A stretch of DNA of 64,000 nt from an uncultured Planctomycetota bacterium (GCA_963823665.1 CAWGMQ010000006.1:1536001-1600000), one strand, 5' to 3'; counted from the first letter of the stretch, positions 43,501-56,316 are shown. Numbers and translations are program-made. Notes: generated by a model not told the origin, from the letters alone.

Positions 43501-46500
43501 AGGTCGACCGATGTGAGCTGGTCAGTCGCGTCGTAGCCGTACGTCGTGGTGCCGTCGAGCGTCGCGCCGCTGTCCGGCAGGCCCAGGTCGTTGTAAGCGT
43601 AGTCGTAGCTCGAGAGGACGGTGCCGCCGGGTTCGTAGTTGACGATGCTCGTGAGGTCGCCGTCCAGGTCGTAGCCGAAGTTCGTGTACGTGCCGTTGCC
43701 CAGGTCCTTGCAAGTAAGCAAGCCCGCGGCGTCGTACGTGTACTGGGCGATCATGTTGCCACTACCGTCGGTGAGCTCGGAGAGCCGGCCAACATGATCG
43801 TATTCGTAGTTGACCGTGAAGCCGGTTTGGTCGACCATCTGCGTCCGCTGGCCGACCGCATTGTAGGTGAATTTGAGATACATGCCGTTGGGGTATGTGA
43901 CCTCGGTCAACTCGTCCGATGAATTGTACGTGAACGAGGTCGTGCCGCTCGAATTTGTTGCCGAGATCAGGTTGTCGTGCGCGTCATAGGAGAACGTGAT
44001 TGTCGAGCCGTCGGCGAAGTCTTCTTCTGTGAGTAAGCCGGCTGAGTTATAGGTGTAATGAGTCGCGTTGCCGTTCTGGTCCACGGACTCGATCAGGTTG
44101 CCTGTAGGATCGTACGTGAATTGCTGCTGGGTGCTGTCCGGATAGGTGATATCTAGCAGGTTCCCGTTGGAGTCGTAAGTGTATTGAGTGGTATTGCCGT
44201 CTGGGTCGGTCAGGCTCGTCAGATTGTTGAAGAGCGAATCGTATGTGGCCGTGATCGTGTCGCCGAGGGGATCGGTCGTTGACGTCGTGTCGCCGGCCGC
44301 ATTGTTCGTGAACGTGGTCGTGACCCCTCCCGGGCCGGTCTCCTGAATCAAGTTGTTGTTGGCGTCGTATGTGTAATTGGTGATGTTGCCGAGCGGGTCT
44401 ACGAATCGAGCAACTTGATCGGATTCGTTGAGAAAATATGTCGCCGTGGCGCCGTCGGCGTTGGTTACACTGACGCCGCCTTCACCATTATAAGAATAGG
44501 TGACCATCTCGGCGCCGCCATCGGCGCTTTGGCTGGTTAGCTGGCCTTGAGTGTTGTACGTGAAATAGGAGTGCGCACCGTCTGGATAAGTGATCGAAGC
44601 GAGGGCGTATTCGCTCTGCGCACCTTCGTCGGTGAAATATGTGTAGCTCGTGGTACCGGTCTCGTTCGTCACACTCTCTAAAAGCTGGCCTGTGGGGTCG
44701 TAGGTGTACGTCGTGACGCGGCCGACCGGGTCGGTGAGACTCGGTGATTCGTCCCTGGCTGTTGTAGGTGAACGAGATCGTCGCGCCGGTCGCCGAGTCG
44801 ACGAAACTGGTCAGCAGACCGTTCGTGTAATTCGCGGTGATCGTGTTACCGTTGGTGTCTTCGGTGTAGTTGAGCGTGCCGTTGGGATTAAATACGATGA
44901 GCGAGCCATCGGTTTCGCGGAGGGTGTAACTACTGTTTTGCAGCGTCAGGGTGGAGGCGTCGCCGGGCGCACCTTGATACGAGCCGTTCGGCTCCAGCGT
45001 GAAGGGCTCGACCTGACCTGAGTATTCGATAGTGACGTTTCCGGACGAGTCCGTAACCGCCTTGGTATCGGTCGGGTCGGGCCACCCGCGGCCGAACGCG
45101 CCAAGGAAGTAGTTTTGCTCGATGGTGCCGAAATCGTCGGCCTTCTCCAGCTCGAAGCTCAAGAGCTGGCTGGCGTCCGCTGTGTATTCACCGAGCTGGC
45201 TTAAGTACGTGGCGTCATTGTCGAGCACCTGCTGGTATTGGCCCAGAGTGTCGCCGACTGCGGCGGTGAAGTTCTGATAGATGGCGGCCCAGGCGTCGCT
45301 GGCGACATCGGGCGGTTGCAGGTCGGATTCGACCGAGTTCCAGTCGAAGGGCGTGTCGGCCGACGGGATCGTCGAGAGGGTAAAGTTGCTGACGGCGTGG
45401 GCGCCTTGATTGATCGGCAAGAAGCTCAGCGTGATCGTGCCCTGGTAGCCCGGTGGCAAGGTCCCGGCCGGCCCACCCTGGTTGATGCCCAGAAGCTCTA
45501 CGCTGTCCGGGACGTAGGTCGTCTCACCCGGCAGCTCGAAGCTGGCGTTGTCGGACGAGAGGATCATCAGCGGCGCCGGGGCATCCGTGCCGCCGGTGTT
45601 CGTATAATTGAGGGTGATCGTTCCCGGGTTATTGTTGTTCGTGTAGGCGCTGCAGCTCAGGCTGAACGATACCTGGCCGGGGGGAGCGCTGGTGACGGTG
45701 AAGGCGGTCGGGTCCGTGAAAGTCTGGCCGCCGTCGGCGATTTGTACACCGTAACTCCCCGGTATCAATCCCGTCAGGCCGAACGTGGCAAACAGGGTCG
45801 TGTTGTCCTTGTAGAGGACGTTGGATGCAGGCGATTGCGCCCCGCCGGTGGCGACGAGGCTCACTGTGGTGCTGGGCGTTAGCTGGGAACCGTTGACTGT
45901 CAAGGTGGCCTGCCCCGCGTTGCTGCCTTGATTGGGGCTGACGCTCACCACCTGCAACGCCAGTTCTTGGACGCTGATATCGAACGGTTTGCCACCGGCA
46001 GAACCCGCGTTGCCATGGAGCCAGATGTAATACGATCCCGCCTGTATGCCGTTCAGGGTGATCTGTTGTTGCGATTGGCTCGGGTCGAACGCCTCCTGAT
46101 CAAACGTCGTCGCGTCGGGAACATTCTGGTACCTGACAAACAGCTCGCCCCGGCTGCGGCGGCGAAGTCGGCCGTGATCGTGACCACCGGCCCAGCCGGC
46201 AGGTTGACCTGGTAATACTCATCCTGGCCGTCGTCGATGGTCCCCGAGGCTGTAACCCCGGGAGCGAGGCTTTCCATTCCTACTGTGATGAGGTTCGGCG
46301 CCGCCAGGGTGTTGTTCGCACGATTCACGTCGGGCACGTCCCCTTGGCTGTCGCAGATGACGAAGATGTGGTAATTGCCTGGCACGATTCCGGGCAGAGG
46401 AGCTATGAGAGTTCCGGTGTAGCTCGCGCCCCCTGCTAGGGCCCCCGTATGTTGTGCCTGCCCGATTAACCTTGCCGACGAGTCGTAATAATCGTCCGGC

Positions 46501-48803
46501 GAGAGGTAGATGGAGTCGACCCAGGAATCGGCACTCGTTGGCGTACTCTCGTTGTTGATCACGGTGTAGTTGATCGTGACATCCTGGCCGGATTCGGCGT
46601 TGTTCGGGGCGGTAAACGAAACGCTCTGCACAGCCAGGTCACCCGCGTCGACGAGCGCATTCACGGCCACATCGGTGTCGCTGGTCACGAGCTCGAATAA
46701 TTGAGTACGCCCAGCAGTCAGCCCGTCGATCAACGGAAATGCGCCGTTCCCGCTGCCGTAGGTCATGATCTGGAAATGATCGCCCGCCTGGGGCGCAAAA
46801 CCATTGACGAGACTGATGGACAAAGTACCGCCGAGCGTGGCATTTCCCGAGGCCGTAACCTGACCGAACTGTCCGCTGGCGGGAGTGCCGCCCACCTGGA
46901 TAGCGAGCGAGGCCGAATTCAATTGCGTGAAGTTGCCATTGACGCTCAACGTGCTCCCCGCACCGACGTTCAACGAGCTCTGATTTGTCAAGTCTCCGAT
47001 CATCGCGAGATCTGCGCCGTCGAGGATAATCAGGCTTTCGGCGTTGCTGGTGATGCTATTGACGAAGGGAAAGTTCGCGCCGGTGCCGCTCAGGGTTACA
47101 GCGGCGTCGTTCGTGGTGATTGTACCGGCGGTCGTGATGTCCAAGGTCGAGCCCCCGAGAACGTTCCAGGTGCCGCCCGACAATGAGCTCTCGGAAACTT
47201 GAGACACCGTCGCGGTGATCGCGAGGGTTCCCGAGTCCACTTCGACGGTGCCACTGTTGTTGAACGTCGATACGATGATCGTCGACGTCCCATCGCCGGC
47301 CGACGTTCGCAATGTACCGGCGTTGTTCAGGACCGGAGGTGGAGGGGATTGAAGTGTTCCTTGGAAGCTCGTAATCCCCGCGTCGTCCTGGAGATCAAGG
47401 GTGCCCCCGGCGAGGTTGCTCAGTGTTCCCCCGATGCCGTATTCGTTGCCGAAGCCGGCGGTTGTCACGATGCCAAGGCTCAGGTTGCCGGGGCCCTCCT
47501 CGACGATGGTACCGGCGTTGGCCAGTGTGCCGCCTGCGACGTACTCCGAGTTGGCGCCCGAGATGGCGATCGTCCCGGAATTGGTGAGCGTGCCCGCGAT
47601 TGTTCCCCCGGTCCAGGTGATCGCGCCAGAATTTGTGAGCGTGCCGGCGAGCGTTCCCCCGCTCCAGGTCATCGAATTCTGGTTGTTCAGGGAACCCCCG
47701 ATCGTGCCAGCCGTCCATTGGAAGTCTGTGAAATCTAGGGTGGCGCCTGGTGAGCCGGCGACAAAATTACCGTCGTCAGCGAACTCGACGAGTCCGGCAC
47801 CGGCGCCCGTGAACGTGCCGCTGAATACTAGCTGGTAACCAGATCCCACCACTGCGATGTTTGGGGCAAAAAAGTCCAACGTGGCGTCGCTCTCGGTGGT
47901 AAACGAGCCGCCGTTACTCGTTATGGTGCTTCCATAAGCATAACCCAGGCTCAAGGTGCCCGAGTCGACTTCGACACTGCCGGTGTTATTGATGTACGAG
48001 GTTTCAATCGCGGCTGACGCAGACCCAGCGGCCACCTCGACCTCGCCTGCGTTGTTGACAACGCTCAACGCCGTGTAGAAGGTCTCGAGATCAACGATCG
48101 ACGCACCAGCTTGTAGGTCGATAACGCCCGAGGCGAGATTGTTGAGGGTGCCGGGAGAGTTGCTGTCGGAACCAGCGGTTCCGAGGACCAACGAACCGGT
48201 CCCGCTGTCGATGATCGTCCCCGAGTTGCTGAGCGCTCCACTGAGGAAGATCTGACTGGAACCACTGAGCGTTATCGTTACCGTGTTGGTCAACGAACCA
48301 CCAAAGGTTCCGCCCGTCCAGTCAAAACTCGGGAAGTCCAGGACGGTGCTCCCACCGGCATTGACGTTGCCGGCGCTGAACTGCGCGGTCGAGGAAGCTC
48401 CGCCGGAGTACATCCCCGACAGAGCCAGGTTTCCGTTGAGCTGGAAACTCCCATCGATCTCTGCTCCTGCGGCGACGGCAAGCGAACCGCCAGATAGGGA
48501 GAGCGTCGCATTACTTTCGCTCAGAATACTGTTCACCGATTGGTTGCCAGAGTCGATGGTGACGGTCAGCGCGGTGGGTGGGTCGATCGTCACGTCGTCG
48601 TTCGGGCCGGGGGCTGTACCCGTGCTCCAATTCGAACCGACGTCCTAGTTGCCGCTGGAGGTGGCCACCCAGTTGACCTGGGCCAAGAGGGTTCGCGACT
48701 CGAGAACCTCGTCGCGAATCCGGTGCAGTCGGCGATCCCGTGAGCGTGGGTTCAGCCGGGTCGGAGACGATGATGGACGCCAGAGCGAATGAATGCGAGA
48801 CAT
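40563..48803 (-). CDS. Giant secreted RHS/YD-repeat protein (about 2,700 aa); one in-frame TAG at 48645 and frameshifts near 46145 and 44740
   Basis: LESRTLLA N-terminal motif, beta-helix-like G/T/N repeats, CARDB-like domain, YD repeats, RHS core (NPFTYVG...RWYD...GRFTQPDPIG...DPLG), then a DPN..GP.G domain and Ig/FN3-like repeats. Confidence 0.88.
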
Positions 48804-48881
48804 GGGAGCCCTTTTCTCAGGCGTTGCAGGACTGCCAATTTTCAAGCACGAAAACGTCGTGATCGGATCTGTGTCGGGCTA

Positions 48882-51548
48882 TTACTTCTGGTTCAATTCC
48901 TTGACCAAGCTTTGAAAGCTCTCGAACGGAGGGAGCGATTGAAGCTCGGGGTGTTCTTGGAGTGATTTGGCCGTCCAGGCGTGTCCGTTCTTTATTCCCA
49001 TCCGGAGCAGACCCACGGCGCGGTCGGCGACGGAGAGGGACAGCTCCCGGCGCTGGGCGTTGTTCCGGTTCGGAAGCTCCTCAAGCCTCGGCACGCAGCG
49101 AGTGTAAGCACAGGCGATTTCAGAGAAGGTATCCGGAGCGTCTGGCAGAATGCGGATGGCAGTTTCCACCGCCTCGAAGGCATTCTTCGTATCACCCTTG
49201 GACAACAGAATCTCGGCCAGGAGCACGTAGCCGTTGCGAAGCCAGGCGAGAAACGTCGGATGCTTTGGGCTGGCCGTCAGAGCGGTCTGATGGAGGGTGA
49301 TCGCTCGCTTTGTGAGTTCAGTGGCTTCCGCGTATTTCCCCTGATCGCGGAGCGATTCCGCCAAGCTGATCGCGACCAAGCCCAGATTGGCCAGACTGTC
49401 CGGCACGTCTGGATACCGAGACGCGAGCTGCTCGCGCTCGGACAGCGCGTGACGGAGGACCGCCTCGGCCTCCTCGAGCAGGCCTCTCTTCGTCAAGATC
49501 TCGCCCAGGTTGATCCTGATGTCAGTCACCCGTTCGCGGTAGCTCCAGTTCTAGGGAGCGTTGGCCACCAACTTCTCCTCGATCTCCAGCGCCTGACGGA
49601 ACGCGTGCTCGGCCTCCGCCAGATGCGGCCGGCGGGCATCACTGAGCAGCCCGGCGAATGCGGCGAGACCGGCGGCCAGCTCGTGCCGGCGGTCTGGATC
49701 AGTGGGCGATTCGGCGACCAACTTCTCGCGTAATCCGATTGCTCTTCGATAGTCGCGCTCGGCCTCGAGAAATCGCTCGCTCTCATGGTGCAGGATGGCC
49801 AAGTCGTGAAGGTTGTGGGCCATCACCTGGCGGAACTCAGGGCGGTTGGGAAACTCGGTTGCCGCACGCTCAGCCCTGTCGAGACTGCGCCGGATGGCAT
49901 CCTCGGCCTCCTTTGTGCGGCCTTTTGTGCGATAGGCAAGACCAATCTCGTTCAGGCTACGCGCGAGCGAAAGGCTGTAGGCAGGCTCGTGCGGGAATTC
50001 CGTCGCGAGCGCATCGAACAGGGACACGGCACCGGCGTAGGCTTGCTCCGCCGCGTCAATCTCACTTAGCTGGTTGTTAATCCTGCCTACACGGAAGCGC
50101 GCATTTGCTGTCTCTGCCCGTGCAGCCGCGCTTGAGCCGTTCCCCACGGCGGCTTGGTCATCGTAATATGTACGCATCTTCATGAGAAACTCGCGGCGGG
50201 CCTTCTCCATCCCCGGCAGTTTCGGCAACAATCGTTCGGCGGCCTGGGTGTACATGTCGTCGACAGCTCGCTTGGCCTGGTCGCGCTGTCTGGCAATCTC
50301 GGCGTTCTTGCGCGACAGCACCGCGGTCATGACGGCCAGCCCGATCGTCCCGGCGATCAGCAGCGTCGCGACCAGACCTGCCAGTCCCGCGAGCGAGCGG
50401 TTCCGGCGCGCCCAGCGCCATCCTTTGACGAGCGGGCCGACTGGCCGCGCAGCGATCGGCTTTCCGCTCTGCCAGCTTTCGAGGTCATCCGCCAGGGCTT
50501 CGGCGGACGCGTAGCGGGCTTTCGGCTCCTTCTCGAGGCATTTCAGGCAGATCGTGTCCAGGTCGCGGTCGACGCGAGGATTGAGTATACGCGGGGGCGT
50601 TGGGGCGATGTTACGCACCATTTCGATTGTGTCGAGGGCCGTCTCGCCGCGGAACGGGGGCTGGCCGGTCAACAGCACGTAGAGCACCGTGCCCAGGCCG
50701 TAGACGTCGGTCGAGGTACTGAGTGCGGTGCGACGGCCCTGGGCTTGTTCGGGGGACATGAAGCTGGGGGTGCCCACGATCGCGCCGGAGATTGTCAGGC
50801 CGCTGTCCATGTCCAGGCGCCGGGCCAGGCCGAAGTCGGAGACGTGCGGTTCGCCGGACTGGTCCAGCAGGATGTTCGACGGTTTCAGGTCGCGATGGAG
50901 GATGCCGTGGCGGTGCGCGTGATCGATGGCATGGGCCACAGTCGCGAGCAGTTCGGCGGACTTGCGAGGATCGTCACGATAGGCCTCGATGTTGTCCGCC
51001 AGGCTGCCGCCTTCCAGGTAGGGCATGAAGAGGAAGAGGCGGCCGTCGTGCTCTGCTACTTCGAGGACCGGCACGATGTTTGGGTGGCTCAAGGCGCCGA
51101 GTGTCTCGGCCTCGTTGCGGAAGCGCTCGACATCGAGCGGCGAGATCTGGCGGCCGACGCCGATCGTCTTGATTGCCACGAGACGGTTCAAGCGGCGCTG
51201 GCGGGCCTTGTGCACGACCGCGGTTCCGCCGTGGGTGGGCGCACCGAGCAACTCATAACCGCGGGCTTCGAGGACGGCGATCAGGTGGGGATCGGGTGCG
51301 GAATCGAGGTCGGTTTCGTGGCGAGGGATCTTTGCGGCACATGCCACTGCACGAAGCGGGGCGGTCAGGAATGCCACCTCGTCCTGCGCGGCGAAGAATT
51401 CTTCCAGCTCTGGAGCGAGGTCGGAGTGTTCGGCCAGGAGGGCACGGCGATCGGGCACCAGGCCGTCGCCGAGGGCGTCGAGGAAGGCGGTGACGACTTC
51501 GCCTAATTGTGGTTGGGTCTCCGAGGGCTCGACAGCGTCGACGGGCAT
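48882..51548 (-). CDS. Ser/Thr protein kinase with TM helix and TPR repeats (frameshift near 49550)
   Basis: VAIK, HRDLKPSN, DFGLA, GTPSFMSPEQ; C-terminal TPR helices. Confidence 0.9.
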
Positions 51549-51646
51549 TGATGATTCCTCTCAGTGGGCTTTCGCGTTTCGGGGGTGCTGAGCGACCGGG
51601 CGTTGAGCACTGGCAGTGCCGGTGCGAGCCAAGGAAGCGTTGCCGG

Positions 51647-51988
51647 GCCTCGCGTTTTCGGGGGTGGGAAGACCTGCGGTCGGGCGGAGGGCGGGGTCTG
51701 GAGACCCGCGCCCAACGTCTGAGCGAGTGGCACCCAGGGAGGCGTTGGCGAGCCTCGCGTTTTCGGGGGTGGGAAGACCTGCGGTCGGGCGGAGACCTGC
51801 GGTCGGGCGGAGGGCGGGGTCTGGAGACCCGCGCCCAACGCTCGCCTCGCGCTTTCCGGGCTGGGAAGACCTGCGGTCGGGCAGAGGGCGGGGTCTGGAG
51901 ACCCGCGCCCAACGCGCGCCTCGTGGTTTCGGGGGTGGGAAAGCCTGCGGTCGGGCGAGGGGTGGGGTCTGGAGACCCGCGCCCAACG
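51647..51988. repeat. Four tandem ~71-bp REP-like units
   Basis: Unit GCCTCGCGTTTTCGGGGGTGGGAAGACCTGCGGTCGGGCGGAGGGCGGGGTCTGGAGACCCGCGCCCAACG, containing hairpin GGGCGGGGTCT-GG-AGACCCGCGCCC. Confidence 0.9.
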
Positions 51989-52062
51989 CGCGTGGAAGGG
52001 ACACTGGCAGAGCCTGTGCCACCCAGTTCAGTACATTCCGGTTCGTCATCGTGTAATGCTAT

Positions 52063-52626
52063 TCAGGAAGACTCGGCGAGCTTCTCGCGTATCGTTGTGA
52101 CTCCTCGTGTGATCAGTGCGCCGACGGCATTCTGAGTGGGGCCCATCCGCTGGGCGATGTCCCGGGTTTTGTATCCATGAATGTAGAAATCCTCGACGGC
52201 CGTCCGTTGATCTTCCGGCAAGCTGTTGATCGCGCGTGCGATCCGATCGAGCTGTTCCTCACGTTCGGTTTGGGCTTCGGGGCCAAGGGACGAGGCGCAG
52301 AGCCACGCTTCAAGTCGCGCGGAAGATAGGCACAGGGCCTGTTCGAAGGCTTGCTCCAGGTCGACGTCGTGGGCTGGTCCGGACAAGGTGCGGCCCTTGT
52401 CCTTGAGCAGGTTTACCAGGATCTGCCGAAGCCAGGACCTCAACTCCGGAACGCTGTTTCCTCGGTACTGTTGGATCGCCTTGTGTGCACGAAGGAGGGC
52501 TTCCTGGGCAATGTCTGATGGATCCAACTGGCGCCGGAATTTTGGCTCCAGCAACACGCGCGCGAGGAGAACCAGGTAATCACGGTGCTGCTCGATGGGC
52601 GGCGTGCCGTCGCGGTCACCTTCCAT
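52063..52626 (-). CDS. ECF sigma-70 family RNA polymerase sigma factor
   Basis: LDPSDIAQEALL, WLRQIL, LPEDQRTAV...IAQRMG. Confidence 0.9.
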   Translation of the reverse strand: MEGDRDGTPPIEQHRDYLVLLARVLLEPKFRRQLDPSDIAQEALLRAHKAIQQYRGNSVPELRSWLRQILVNLLKDKGRTLSGPAHDVDLEQAFEQALCLSSARLEAWLCASSLGPEAQTEREEQLDRIARAINSLPEDQRTAVEDFYIHGYKTRDIAQRMGPTQNAVGALITRGVTTIREKLAESS

Positions 52627-53870
52627 CTGCGGCCACCTATCTACACTGACGAGGGAACGTTCGGAATTCCGCGCGGGTCGCGATTTTTTTTTGGCTTCGA
52701 GGATGGTGGTTCAAGTGCTGGCGGACCCACGCGGGCACGGTCGTGACGAACTGCTTGATTGATGTCTTGCTTCTTCGCCGGGAACTCCTCGCGCCTGAGC
52801 GATTTCGATCGATGCCGTCAGGGGATCTGGATGCGACCGGAGCGAGCAAACGGGGAGGATAGCAGATCGGGGGGCGGGAAGGGAGCGAGACGCTTGATTT
52901 TGGATTTTGGATCGGGGGACGAGAGCTGGCGGGTTTGTGCGGCCATTCAACGTCAGGTAGCGCGTTACTAAGTTGATTCAGGTACTTCGAGGTCATCGAC
53001 GCGGCTGTGGGCCGAGGCTTTCTGCGGCGGTGCGCAGATGCCGAGGGAATTTTCTTCCGTAATCGATCCAGGCGGTGGAACCGGGAAACTTGCTGAAGAT
53101 TTCCTGGTCGAAAGCCGGTGGAATCCGCAAGGTCGCCGCATATTCTCAATGAGACAGTGCGCTGATCGGCGGCGCGATGTGAACTGCGAACGCCGGCTCA
53201 TGGCACCACCGGCGCTCTGGAGCTACAACGGGCGGCCGGAGGAAGTCACTCATTACTGAGGGCGTTACATTGATCAGGAAAACATTGGGGTCTGGCGGGA
53301 GGTGGCTGCGGCTAGCGGCGTCCGAGTCGGAACGAGATCAGGGTCCCGGCCAATTTACACTAATGTACGGATGCTGGAAGGGGCTCGTAATATTGCCACT
53401 TATTGCCATTTTTCGGCGAATGCGGCGATTGCTTGAGACGGCGTGGCTGCTCTGTAAGTTAAATCGGCATAGAGCAATAGGAAGAGAGCGTGGCGTTGTT
53501 CGGCGACGGCAAACGCTCATGGCAATGGCCAATGAAAATTGCCACGACAATTCGACGATGTTGTTCACTATGTTTTCGACGGTTTTTTTCGGCTGTTGGA
53601 GGCCCGATCCGCGAATGCTACCGGCGAATGTGCGTGGTGCTGGGGACACGTTCGGTTCCATCGCAAACGGCGAGAAAGGGGAGTGCCCATTGGGCGGGCG
53701 AAGGGTGACAATGGGGTGGCGCAGCGCCAGCTCGACGGGGAGCTGGCAGGTTGGACAGACGGCAACTGGCCCGGACCACACGCTGGGCTTGCGGTCTTGC
53801 CCGTGCGCGAGCCCACCACGACGCCGTTCGGCAGCACTTTCCCGACACGGGTGTGTGGAATGCCTTCGTT

Positions 53871-54863
53871 CCCGTAATCGTTGTGGCGTAAGGACGCGCG
53901 ACGAATGTACAAAACGAAATCAGCCGAGTAGTAGGACGGAGGACGGAGGGCGGAATCAGACAAAGACTTCAACCACGAAGCCGACTGAGGTCACCGAGAT
54001 GAACCGAGTCGGGAGATTGAACGTTCGATCGCGGAATTTGAGCGCTGGTTCAAAGTTGGGTAGCGCACTGCTGAACTGGTTCTCGTTCTCTGGATGATCT
54101 CTGTGACTTTCAGCACGCCCTCGACGACCGATCGGACGACCGCGTGATGGGTTTTGATTCGACCGCGTGTTCACAATTAACAAAGAAATCGCGCAAAGCC
54201 GTAGCTCCTGACGTTGCAGCCGCATCGATTGAGTGATTGCAGTTTTTTTGGACGCTTTTATTGCCGATCGCTGAAACCGGTCGCATATATACATAGGGCA
54301 GGGTCCGCGAACGCGCGATGCTGGCGCGATGGGCGGCTCCTCTTTGCTTTCCTACCTTCTCGTCGATCTCCACTGGCCCTGAGAACAGCGGCGAAATTCA
54401 CGCACCGAGTGCAATCCAGTGCAAACTACCGCAATGAGAAAAGAGGCTGAGACCAAAACCGAAACGCAGGCAGGCTTGGCCGTTGCGCAGGGCGACTCCG
54501 TCGCCCTGGCGGCTTTGCCGCGTCGTCGGTTGAGTGCAGGGTTCGCTGCCCAGAATCAGAACCAGGATCAAAGGCGAGGATCTTCCGATTTTGCTATCAT
54601 TAGTTATCATTTTGCTCCAGGGGAAAGAATCTGTTGGATCGACGGAAGCCTTTTTCGCGCATGCACTTGCGGAGGGCCGCGCACTCGGACTCGGAGGGTG
54701 GAGCGCTTCGCGGGGCACTGTGGAGATTCTGGGTCAAAGCCACGAGGTTGCAGGCAAGGCTTTCGGCCTCGAATTCGGCCCATGGCATCGCCATGTCGAC
54801 CGAGGGAGTGCGTGCCCGTAGTCCTTGTGGCATAAGGCTGCGCGACGAATGTACAAAACGAAA
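53871..54863 (+). repeat. Two 49-bp direct repeats in a gene-poor region
   Basis: CCCGTA.TC.TTGTGGC.TAAGG...CGCGACGAATGTACAAAACGAAA at 53871 and 54815. Confidence 0.7.
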
Positions 54864-54938
54864 CGAACGGTCGGTGACGGGAGGCGCGGGAAGAGTGTCA
54901 GGCTGAAGCCTAACCTACTTTGATGGGCAGCCCAGGTC

Positions 54939-55823
54939 TCACTCCCAGAAATCCCCCTCGTGGTGAATTTTTCGAAAGTCCCACCCTGCGCCATGCCAGA
55001 AGTGATGATCCACGGTCACGTCCCTTCCTTCCATCGTGATCTCGAGAAAGCCAGGATGATGTTTGGCCCGGTGGTCACGCATCAGCGGAGCGCCCGGGTT
55101 CAAGCAAAGCTGGTTCGGGATCGACCGGGGGCGGAATGCCCATGCTGCGTGGATGTGCCCGCAACAATACAGATGAGGGCCAATCGTTTTCAGCCAGGCA
55201 ACCAGGTCCGATCCGTTCACAATCGACTTGCGCGCGAGTCGGGATTCGTACTCGGCGGGGGCCGCGACCGGATAGTGGCAGGCGATGAGCAGATTCATCC
55301 TCTCTGCCGCACCCTCTGCCGCGGCGGCGACGAGCTCGGCGGCGGCGATCAACTGTCTTTCGGGCAGCCAGCCCCGCGCAGAGACGCCGGCGCGGGTGGG
55401 ATCGAGGCCGAGGACCGCTGTGCGCGAGTCGAGCGGCCTCAGCCAGGGATAAGGGCCCTCGGGTGCGAAGGCGCCGAAATACCGCTCAAACCTTCTCGTG
55501 CGGTGGGCCCGGAGGGTGTAACGGTCGTGGTTGCCCGGGATGATCGTCACGCTCGCCGGGTTGTCCAAGAGGCCGGAGAGAGCGGTCCGGGCGTGATGGA
55601 ATTCGTCTGCCAGCGCGGTTGTGGTCAAGTCGCCCGTGATCAGGACATGGTCGGGATTGAGACTCCGCACTCGCTCGACCAGGTCGGGGACTCGCTCGAG
55701 GCGGAAGCGACGGCCGCGGCCCATCAAAAGCGAAGCCGTGCCGACGAGACGCTTGCTCAAGAGGCGCATGGGATGGAGGGCGTAACGCCAGAAATGAATG
55801 TCGGAGAGATGGATGATTCGCAT
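54939..55823 (-). CDS. Calcineurin-like metallophosphoesterase
   Basis: SDIH, TGDL, PGNHD, HYP, GHIH. Confidence 0.9.
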   Translation of the reverse strand: MRIIHLSDIHFWRYALHPMRLLSKRLVGTASLLMGRGRRFRLERVPDLVERVRSLNPDHVLITGDLTTTALADEFHHARTALSGLLDNPASVTIIPGNHDRYTLRAHRTRRFERYFGAFAPEGPYPWLRPLDSRTAVLGLDPTRAGVSARGWLPERQLIAAAELVAAAAEGAAERMNLLIACHYPVAAPAEYESRLARKSIVNGSDLVAWLKTIGPHLYCCGHIHAAWAFRPRSIPNQLCLNPGAPLMRDHRAKHHPGFLEITMEGRDVTVDHHFWHGAGWDFRKIHHEGDFWE

Positions 55824-55917
55824 GCTTGCCGGAGCTGGCCGGGGGCCAATGAAAGAAGAGAAAGAAGATTAGGATTAAGATTAGGATTAAGATTAGGATT
55901 AGGATTAGGGGCGTGGT

Positions 55918-56316
55918 TCAATCGGCCGGGTTTTGTCTTTCGTAGTCGCGGGTGGAGTTTTTTTTGATCAATCCCATGAGCATGCGGACGACGCTCTGGA
56001 GGCGCTCTTTGCCGGGGCGGATTTGGTCCGGGGTTAACTTGGATTTCGCGACGAGAACGTCGAGGCCGGCGGCGCACTCGAGCGCGGAGGCGTTAGCGGT
56101 ATCAAAGAATCGGCAGCGATCCTTGAGTGCGTATTTGCCATTGCCTTCCGCAATATTGAGTGTGATCGAAGTTGACGCTCGGTCTAACTGGTCTTTGACG
56201 TCGCCGAGCCGGGTCGAAGCTTCCAGGAGTGGCGTGAGCCATGAGATAAACGCGAGCGATGATTGATAGACTTCCAGTTTTTCGTGTTCGAAGAAGTATT
56301 CCTGGGGCGCTGGCAT
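55918..56316 (-). CDS. Four-helix-bundle protein (23S rRNA IVP / bAvd-like fold)
   Basis: FEHEKLEVYQ, DQLDRASTSITLNIAEGNG, A.ASALECAAGLD. Confidence 0.9.
   Translation of the reverse strand: MPAPQEYFFEHEKLEVYQSSLAFISWLTPLLEASTRLGDVKDQLDRASTSITLNIAEGNGKYALKDRCRFFDTANASALECAAGLDVLVAKSKLTPDQIRPGKERLQSVVRMLMGLIKKNSTRDYERQNPAD

Noticed and set aside
51647..51988. CRISPR array
   Set aside because: Units are ~71 bp with only 2-35 bp between them, there are no unique uniform spacers, and no cas genes are present.
53270..54097. 275-aa ORF as a real gene
   Set aside because: No recognisable motif, atypical composition, and it overlaps non-coding repeats.
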